Assembly (NCBI GenBank): GCA_031396115.1
Contig: JANNKD010000221.1
Location: forward strand, 6,731 to 30,730
Source of the DNA: Gammaproteobacteria bacterium
Lineage (GTDB): Bacteria > Pseudomonadota > Gammaproteobacteria > Nevskiales > Nevskiaceae
Direction of reading: 5' to 3'
DNA length: 24,000 bases
A model generated the notes under the pieces. It had not been told where the DNA came from and searched no databases. It was given only the letters and a program-made list of their open reading frames with translations. Shown here piece after piece: positions 18,305 through 24,000 of this stretch (position 1 is the stretch's first letter; every line of letters starts with the position of its first letter). Position numbers and translations under genes: made by a program.

Positions 18305-18453
18305 CTACAATGGCGACCCTTTTGAGGCGGTCGCCGTGGACCTCGTGTCGAACCCGGCATTCGGACTCTACCGTGACCGGGCGCGCAGGTCGCCTTGCGG
18401 TGGAGAAAGCAACCCGAATCAAGGGGTTGAAAGCCACAGATGGAAGGTTTACC

Positions 18454-18541
18454 GGAGAGGTGGCAGAGCGGTTTAATGCGGCGGTCTCGAAAGCCGTTGT
18501 ACCGCAAGGTACCGGGGGTTCGAATCCCTCCCTCTCCGCCA
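18454..18541 (+). tRNA. tRNA-Ser (anticodon CGA), encoded CCA
   Basis: GGAGAGG acceptor stem pairs with CCTCTCC. Anticodon arm GCGGT-CTCGAAA-GCCGT. Long variable arm (TGTACCGCAAGGTACC) typical of a class II tRNA. T-arm GGGGGTTCGAATCCCTCC. Discriminator G plus CCA. Closely resembles E. coli tRNA-Ser(CGA). Confidence 0.9.
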
Positions 18542-18555
18542 TTCAGTCTGGCTAT

Positions 18556-18578
18556 CCGGGGCTCCTAGCGAGCCCCGG
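18556..18578 (+). terminator. Hairpin after the tRNA-Ser gene (possible terminator)
   Basis: CCGGGGCTC-ctagc-GAGCCCCGG: a 9-bp stem 15 nt after the tRNA 3' end, followed by GTGCTTTCC, which is only a weak U tract. Confidence 0.4.
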
Positions 18579-18854
18579 GTGCTTTCCCCGGGCATCGTTG
18601 ATCCCAAAGTCACCAGAGAGCTTCGAGCGGCGCTCCGCCACCCCGTGCTTGGGCCGGAATTCTCTGTGGGCGATTTTGGCGGTGTCTTTTGGGCGAGGCC
18701 CGGGCGTTGAGCGTTACAGTTTGCCTTGGAGCCGATGTGGACGCCGCCATCCGGCTGCGGCCTTTGTGCCGACATACCTGATTAAAAAGATCTGCCGAGC
18801 TGCGGGACTGAACCCAACAGATTTTGCAGGCTGCTCGCCAGTGACCTGCTGCTC

Positions 18855-20426
18855 ATGTCAGAGCAGGAATTCACGGCCCTGCGTCGCCTCGCGACGGAAT
18901 CGCGGGTCAAGAACGAGCCACCTGATCAGGCGTTTCTTCGCTGCCCCATATGCCAGACGCCCTTGTGGCTCACACGTCGCTCCCACGGAAGCGCAACGGG
19001 GAACAGGTTCTTCAAACATGCGCGTGAAGCGCAATGCCCTTGGTATAGGCCCAGCGACTACACCGCGGAGCAGATCCTGGCGCTGCGGTTCCATGGCCAA
19101 AGAGAAGGACAGCTGCACAAGCATTTAAAGCGCGTGATGATCGATGCTCTGAATGCCGATCCCGAAGTCAGCGATGTGGTGACCGAGGTCACGAACTGGG
19201 GGGCAGTGCTGAAGGGCGAATGGAAGCGGCCTGATGTGCGTTGTCGTTGGCGAGGCAAGACGGTCGTAGTCGAGTTACAGCTCTCGTACACCTTCATCAG
19301 CGAAGTCGTGAAGCGTGATCTGTTTTACAAGGCAGAGAACATCTTCGTCATCTGGGTGTTCCGGGTGGCGGACGAGAAGTTTGCGTTCGTGAAGGACGAG
19401 AAATATTTCAACAAGCAGAACCTGTTCCTTCTCGACGAGGTTGCAGAGACGGAGTGCCCCTCGGCCGGCTGTCTCATGTTGACCTGCCAGCACTCTGCCC
19501 CTGTCTTCAACGAGGAGTCAGGCCGTGTTGAGACAATCACCGAGACCCAGCTCGTCCAACTGGCCGACTTGACCTATCCAGAGGACACATATCGCCCCTT
19601 TTTCCATGACTACGACGCCGCGCTGCAGCAAGCTGTTCGTCGACCGACTGAAACAGGGTCGGTAACGGCTGTTGAATTGGAGGCGTTCAAGAACACGCTC
19701 GAGGCGTATGGAGAAGCGGGGCGCGCGGGCCAATCAGAACCCGACCTTCTCGAGGCGGCATGCAAACTAAGCGACGATCGATTGCGCGCTCTGGCGATCC
19801 GCGCCGTTAGGTATCCCTACCGCGACGCCCTCCTTCGCCTGTTAAGCATCGCAAGAGCGAAGCCGCTAATCACCAAATACGACACCGTATATGAAGTAAT
19901 CAATGCGGCGACTCAGCCCGGCGCCGCAGTGCAAGACCAGCGCGGCTTTCTACACCTGTACCTGGAGGCTTGGGAGATCTTTCGCCCAGCCATGAAACTG
20001 AGCCAAGCGGAGAGGTTGGAGAACCGGCGCAGGTTGCGAAGTATCGAACGAAGCCACGAGTCTGATCGCGACTTTCTTGAGCTGGCGGTGGCCTTGTTTC
20101 CACGACTAGCGCGACTGCAAGACGAAGTAGCACCGGAGCTCGGAGCGATCGACTTGTCCGGCAGGGAGTGGGTTACGCCGGACCCCGACGACAAACCTCG
20201 ACGTGGTGCTGCCCTGCGCCTGTATCGGGAAACACACCCGGGTATCGATTGGCGGGCTGTACTCATTGATGCCGACGCTGCGCAAAAAAAAGGTCTTCCG
20301 ATATCGGCCGCAGTAGAAGAGATGGCTGCCGGCCATAAGGCGCGAACTGGGGATGTTGCGAATTTTCTTGGCCGTTGTTGCCTGATTAGTTCGCCCACGG
20401 GGGCGAGGCGAACAAGAGAGCGTTAG
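18855..20426 (+). CDS. Orphan 523-aa protein: N-terminal zinc ribbon plus CoiA-like PD-(D/E)xK nuclease core, followed by a ~330-aa helical domain of unknown function
   Basis: CPICQTPLW...FKHAREAQCPW gives Cys/His ligands. REGQLHKHLKRVMIDAL...EV...KRPDVRCRW...VVVELQLSYTFISEVVKRDLFYKAENIFVIWVF matches the E-H-K / RPDV / ExQ-S / W-V pattern I associate with the competence-protein CoiA-like nuclease family. Lower-GC codon usage. No SD is seen before the ATG. Confidence 0.6.
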   Translation: MSEQEFTALRRLATESRVKNEPPDQAFLRCPICQTPLWLTRRSHGSATGNRFFKHAREAQCPWYRPSDYTAEQILALRFHGQREGQLHKHLKRVMIDALNADPEVSDVVTEVTNWGAVLKGEWKRPDVRCRWRGKTVVVELQLSYTFISEVVKRDLFYKAENIFVIWVFRVADEKFAFVKDEKYFNKQNLFLLDEVAETECPSAGCLMLTCQHSAPVFNEESGRVETITETQLVQLADLTYPEDTYRPFFHDYDAALQQAVRRPTETGSVTAVELEAFKNTLEAYGEAGRAGQSEPDLLEAACKLSDDRLRALAIRAVRYPYRDALLRLLSIARAKPLITKYDTVYEVINAATQPGAAVQDQRGFLHLYLEAWEIFRPAMKLSQAERLENRRRLRSIERSHESDRDFLELAVALFPRLARLQDEVAPELGAIDLSGREWVTPDPDDKPRRGAALRLYRETHPGIDWRAVLIDADAAQKKGLPISAAVEEMAAGHKARTGDVANFLGRCCLISSPTGARRTRER

Positions 20427-20487
20427 CTGGGCCCTAGCCTGGTCTGATCTAATTATCGTTGTGCCTTGCTAAAACAGGAGTGAGCCT

Positions 20488-20580
20488 ATGTACACCGGCA
20501 GCTGTTTATGCGGCGGCGTGCAGGGTCTCAGCATCCGCATTTCAAATCACGCGTGGCAAAGAACTCCTCAAGGAGTTTGA
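20488..20580 (+). pseudogene. Possible 5' remnant of a GFA-family (glutathione-dependent formaldehyde-activating/CENP-V-like) gene
   Basis: AGGAG RBS (20476-20480), then an ATG 7 nt later. The ORF opens MYTGSCLCGGV, the typical GFA N-terminus (GSCLCGAV). It then diverges and stops after 30 codons. It is below the ORF-track length cutoff. Confidence 0.3.
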
Positions 20581-20658
20581 GTCCTCTCCCGTTGAGGCGC
20601 TAGCTCGGATTGGCGACGGGGTTGCAAATCGTCGGGGCACGGCAGACACTGCGCGTCA

Positions 20659-21063
20659 ATGGATTTCCTGCGCGCCTTGGTCGTGACTTGCCTGATCGCT
20701 ACCGTTCCCACGACAGCGCTGGCAGGCGCCATTGATCAAGACCACTGCAAGATGAAGGGCATGCCCGCGCAGCCTTCGTCCGTCGAGATGGACCACTCGG
20801 TGCATGCGGGCCATGTGATGGATGACGGCGCGTCGGTTGATCATTCGGCGCGGGTGAAAGCATCCAAGGCGGCCAACGGTTGCAAATGCGGCTGCGACTG
20901 CTCCAGCGATCACTGCGCTTCGAGCTTCTCCGGCTTCCTGAGTGCGGACCTTGGCGGTGGCATCGTCGATCGATTCGCCGATCGGCATGCGTTGTCCGGC
21001 ACGGTCGCGCACGTCTCCGCCGCACATCATCTAGACCTCCTCCGACCTCCGGCCCAGGCCTGA
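20659..21063 (+). CDS. Secreted Cys/His/Met-rich metal-binding protein, CopL-like
   Basis: Signal peptide MDFLRALVVTCLIATVPTTALAGA. MDHSVHAGHVMDD; Cys cluster CKCGCDCSSDHC. The C-terminal HHLDLLRPP resembles the H-L-x-RPP ending I recall for the CopL family. Sits directly upstream of the copper-resistance genes. Confidence 0.5.
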   Translation: MDFLRALVVTCLIATVPTTALAGAIDQDHCKMKGMPAQPSSVEMDHSVHAGHVMDDGASVDHSARVKASKAANGCKCGCDCSSDHCASSFSGFLSADLGGGIVDRFADRHALSGTVAHVSAAHHLDLLRPPAQA

Positions 21064-21193
21064 CCGCTCGCCGCGGCCAGCGCAGGGCGCTCCCTGGCAA
21101 CGCGCCTTTCTCCGCTGCTGCGGTGGCTTCGGCCATTGCCGCGGTCCGCCTGTGCATGGCGGATCGTCGGCCAAAGCTCGCAACGGAGGTCTT

Positions 21194-22867
21194 GTGTCTA
21201 TTCGACGGATTGGTTTGTCACTCGTGGTGCCCGCACTCCTGGCGGGATGCGCCGGCCTTCCGGACCGGGGACATCAGGAGATCACAGCGACACTGAAGGC
21301 GCGCGGCACCGACGCCTCGCAGGTCGGCGACGCTGCAGCAGCCAAGGCGCTGCTCGCCGAGCTGGCAGGCAAACCGCTCGGCGTGACGGACGTCGTGCGC
21401 ATTGCGCTGGTCAACAACCCGGGCTTGCGCGCGCAGTACGCGGAGATGGGTATCGCCGCGGCGGAGGTTTACGACGCCGGCCGGCTGAGCAATCCCACCT
21501 TGTCCGCCTCGGTGCTCTTTGCGCACGGCAGCGGCGAAGGCAACGAAACGACGTTTGGCCTCGCGCAGTCCTTTACGGATCTTCTGTTGATCGGAGCAAG
21601 AAGTCGCTTGGCCAAGGGCGAATACGAGCGCGCGAAACTGCTCGCAGGCTCCGCAGTGCTGAACCTGGCCGCCGATGCAGAAACGGGCTATTACCGGCTC
21701 GTGGGCGCGCAGCAGGTTGCCCGCATGCGGCAAACCATTGCCCAGGCCGCCGGCGCGTCGGCAGATCTCGCTCAGCGGTTCTTCGACGCCGGAAACATCA
21801 CGCGCCTCGAACTGGCGCGCGAACGCGCCGCGGCGAGCCAGGCTCATCTCGATCACCTTGAGGCTCAGGGCGAGGTCGCGTCCGCCGGTGCCGAGCTTGC
21901 GGGCACCCTCGGGCTGCGCACCGCCGATTGGTCCGTGCTCGAGCGGCTGGCGATGCCGCCGATGGCCGAAGACGAACTCGCGGCGCTCATGACGCAGGCC
22001 GAGCAGTCTCGGCTGGACCTGGCTGCTTCCCGCAAGCAGGTGGCGCTGCTCGCGGACGCCCTGGGCGTGAGTCGAAGGTTCCGCTTTCTCGGCGAAGTCG
22101 AGGTCGGTGTCGAAACGGTTCACAGCGAGGGGCGGCGCCTGACCGGCCCGACGCTCGCACTGAGCTTGCCGCTGTTCAATCAGGGCAAGGGAGCCGTTGC
22201 GCGCTCGCAAGCGCAGCTCCAGCGGGCCGATGCCGAGCTGGCAGCGCTGGAGGTCGAGATCGCAACTGGCATTCGACGCGCTCATGCCGAACTCGAGAGT
22301 GCCCGCGCCCGCGTCGAGCACTACCGCACGGCGCTCATCCCGCAGCGCGAGGAGATCGTCGCCCGCACCCAGGAGCAGGTGAACTACATGCTCGTTGGCC
22401 AGTTCGAGCTGCTCCTCGCCAAGCAGGAGGAGTACGACGCCTATCAGGGCTATTTGGAAGCCGTCCGCGACTATTGGGTAGCGCGCACGGAGTTGACGCG
22501 CCAGGTCGGTTCGCCACTGCCGAGTTCCGCGCAAATCGGCGCCGACACGATCGAGGTGGACACGTTGATCGCGCCCAAGGAGACACCGATGGACCACGGG
22601 GCGCCCATGGACGGCATGGACCATCGTGGCCACGACATGAAGGGTGAAGAGGCGAAGCCGGACCCGCACGAGGGGCACAGGCAGCCCGCCAAGCCGACCC
22701 AAGAGCCGCCAAAGGCCGCGCCAGCAGAAAAGCGCGAATCGCATCCAGGTCACGACATGCCAACCGGCATGGAGTCGCACATTCCGGAATCCGACGACGG
22801 CAAGGGCAAGCCTGCCCCGAAAAAATCCGACGAACCAGACACGAATCAGCACGGAGACCATCCATGA
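21194..22867 (+). CDS. Outer-membrane efflux lipoprotein (TolC/CusC/CzcC-like OMF) with a ~90-aa His/Met-rich C-terminal extension
   Basis: Start set at the GTG at 21194, 4 nt after a GGAGG RBS; the track start at 21152 is also possible. Lipobox VVPALLAGC. OEP repeats (NNPGLRAQYAEMGIAAAEVYDAGRLSNPTLS; LPLFNQGKGAVARSQAQLQRADAELAALEVEI). Tail: PMDHGAPMDGMDHRGHDMKGEE...HEGH...SHPGHDMPTGMESH...QHGDHP. Confidence 0.8.
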   Translation: MSIRRIGLSLVVPALLAGCAGLPDRGHQEITATLKARGTDASQVGDAAAAKALLAELAGKPLGVTDVVRIALVNNPGLRAQYAEMGIAAAEVYDAGRLSNPTLSASVLFAHGSGEGNETTFGLAQSFTDLLLIGARSRLAKGEYERAKLLAGSAVLNLAADAETGYYRLVGAQQVARMRQTIAQAAGASADLAQRFFDAGNITRLELARERAAASQAHLDHLEAQGEVASAGAELAGTLGLRTADWSVLERLAMPPMAEDELAALMTQAEQSRLDLAASRKQVALLADALGVSRRFRFLGEVEVGVETVHSEGRRLTGPTLALSLPLFNQGKGAVARSQAQLQRADAELAALEVEIATGIRRAHAELESARARVEHYRTALIPQREEIVARTQEQVNYMLVGQFELLLAKQEEYDAYQGYLEAVRDYWVARTELTRQVGSPLPSSAQIGADTIEVDTLIAPKETPMDHGAPMDGMDHRGHDMKGEEAKPDPHEGHRQPAKPTQEPPKAAPAEKRESHPGHDMPTGMESHIPESDDGKGKPAPKKSDEPDTNQHGDHP

Positions 22868-24000
22868 TCACGCGACGCAAACTGCTTTCGATTGCCGGCG
22901 CCGGTGGGCTTGCTGGCCTGGGCAGCCTGTTCGCGCGGCGCGCGAGCGCCCAGCACGAAGGCCACGACATGAAAAAGATGCCCGGTATGGAGACCGAGGC
23001 GGCGCCGGACAAGGGGGAGGCGGCTCCTGGCGCTGCGTCGTCGGCGGCACGCGGCTACAAACCGGTGCGCACGCTGAATGGCTGGACGCTCCCTTATCGC
23101 ATGAAGGGCGGGGTCAAGGAGTTTCACCTCGTCGCCGAGGAAGTCGAGCACGAGTTCGCGCCTGGCTGCGTGGCCAAGTGCTGGGGCTACAACGGCACCA
23201 CGCCGGGGCCGACGATCGAGGCGGTGGAAGGCGACCGCGTGCGCATCTTCGTCACCAATCGCCTGAAGGAGCACACCACCATCCACTGGCACGGGATCTA
23301 CCTGCCCAGCGGCATGGATGGCGTGGGCGGGCTAAACCAGCCGCACATCAAGCCCGGCGAAACCTTTGTCTACGAATTCACGCTCAAGCAGCACGGCACG
23401 CACATGTATCACCCGCATGCCGACGAGATGGTGCAGATGGCGGTAGGCATGATGGGCATGTTCATCATCCACCCGAAGAACGGCGAGCCGAATCGGATCG
23501 ACCGCGACTACGCCTTCCTGCTGCACAACTGGGCGCTGCATCCGGGCACCTACCGGCCGGATCCCTCGATCATGACCGACTTCGATCTGTGGACCTTCAA
23601 CTCCAAAGTGTTTCCGGCGATCGATCCCATCGTCGCGCGCAGTGGAGAACGGGTGCGGATTCGTATCGGCAATCTCTCCATGCACGAACATCCCATCCAC
23701 CTGCACGGCGTGCAGTTCTGGGTCACCGGCGGCGACGGCGGGCGACTTGTGCGAAACCTGTGGCGGACCGAGGTCACGGAGATCGTCGGCGTGGGGCAAA
23801 TGCGCGATATCGAGTTTGTCGCCATCCCCGGCGATTGGGCATTCCACTGCCACAAGTCGCATCACACGATGAACGCGATGGGGCATGGCGTGCCGAACAC
23901 CATCGGGGTGGATCAATCCGGCGTGGAAAAAACCATCCGCTCCATGCTGCCCGGTTACATGGCGATGGGCGAGGCCGGCATGGCCGAGCACCAGGACCAC
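22864..24000 (+). CDS. Tat-exported multicopper oxidase (CopA/PcoA-like copper oxidase), 3' end outside the window
   Basis: Absent from the ORF track because there is no stop in the window; I translated it by hand. ATG at 22864 in an ATGA overlap with the OMF stop. Tat signal MITRRKLLSIAGAGGLAGLGSLFARRASA. MCO copper-ligand motifs TTIHWHG, HMYHPH, HPIHLHG, FHCHKSHH. The frame stays open through 24000 (379 codons). Confidence 0.9.
   Translation, partial: MITRRKLLSIAGAGGLAGLGSLFARRASAQHEGHDMKKMPGMETEAAPDKGEAAPGAASSAARGYKPVRTLNGWTLPYRMKGGVKEFHLVAEEVEHEFAPGCVAKCWGYNGTTPGPTIEAVEGDRVRIFVTNRLKEHTTIHWHGIYLPSGMDGVGGLNQPHIKPGETFVYEFTLKQHGTHMYHPHADEMVQMAVGMMGMFIIHPKNGEPNRIDRDYAFLLHNWALHPGTYRPDPSIMTDFDLWTFNSKVFPAIDPIVARSGERVRIRIGNLSMHEHPIHLHGVQFWVTGGDGGRLVRNLWRTEVTEIVGVGQMRDIEFVAIPGDWAFHCHKSHHTMNAMGHGVPNTIGVDQSGVEKTIRSMLPGYMAMGEAGMAEHQDH

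Noticed and set aside
16824-18542. The 572-aa track ORF taken as one intact gene
   Set aside because: Its first ~220 codons are out of frame with the real MltF N-domain, run antisense through the tRNA-Ser gene and have no recognisable features. The true structure is two mltF fragments split by the 17-bp duplication.
18841-18870. Small hairpin CTGCTC-ATGTCA-GAGCAG enclosing the start codon of the 523-aa gene, considered as a translational control element
   Set aside because: A 6-bp stem is expected by chance in this much sequence, and there is no supporting conservation evidence.
20459-20686. 75-aa ORF (MCLAKTGVSL...) between the orphan gene and the copper module
   Set aside because: It has no RBS or recognisable features and overlaps the start of the CopL-like gene. 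A different frame holds the RBS-led GFA-like stub.
21218-22861. 547-aa minus-strand ORF opposite the OMF gene, and the minus-strand ORFs 22846..23292 and 23332..24000 opposite the oxidase
   Set aside because: These are antisense shadows. The plus-strand frames carry the lipobox/OEP repeats and the four multicopper-oxidase copper-ligand motifs.
18542-24000. Search for an attR-type direct repeat of the tRNA-Ser 3' end, and for an integrase or transposase
   Set aside because: By eye I found only 7-nt chance matches (for example cctctcc near 20585 and tctccgc near 21110), and no recombinase-like ORF. Island boundaries therefore cannot be claimed from this window.

Overview
High-GC (hand-sampled lines are about 75% GC) proteobacterial chromosomal segment with four blocks. 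(1) 1-10.1 kb is a glycan-biosynthesis region made of two convergent operons. The plus strand carries a Wzx-like flippase 3' end, an unknown 365-aa protein, an FkbM methyltransferase, a GT2, UDP-galactopyranose mutase (glf) and a GT4. The minus strand carries a 644-aa polytopic GT-C-like protein with a helical C-terminal domain, a GtrB/ArnC-like polyprenyl-phosphate GT2 and a GT4. (2) 10.1-11.4 kb holds two tandem type IVa pilin genes (minus strand). Each has its own sigma-54 promoter match and a shared upstream TGAC-N6-TGTCAGT motif. They lie directly upstream of the GT-C-like gene. (3) 11.4-18.5 kb is housekeeping: leuS, lptE, a GlcF-like Fe-S protein, a DUF481 outer-membrane protein, a thioredoxin-like 2Fe-2S ferredoxin, an mltF broken by a perfect 17-bp tandem duplication, and tRNA-Ser(CGA). 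(4) 18.5-24 kb, immediately 3' of the tRNA, looks like an accessory island. It starts with a lower-GC stretch encoding an orphan 523-aa protein with a zinc ribbon and a CoiA-like PD-(D/E)xK nuclease core. A GFA-gene stub follows, then a copper module: a CopL-like Cys/His-rich protein, an outer-membrane-factor lipoprotein with a His/Met-rich tail, and a Tat-exported multicopper oxidase that runs off the window and is missing from the ORF track. The best candidate for a new system is the pilin + GT-C + polyprenyl-phosphate GT2 + GT4 arrangement beside a glf operon, a possible pilin O-glycosylation system. The second candidate is the orphan nuclease-domain gene in the tRNA-Ser islet. All functional calls come from motif recognition by eye; no database search was run. 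Many long ORFs in the track are antisense shadow ORFs, as expected at this GC content.
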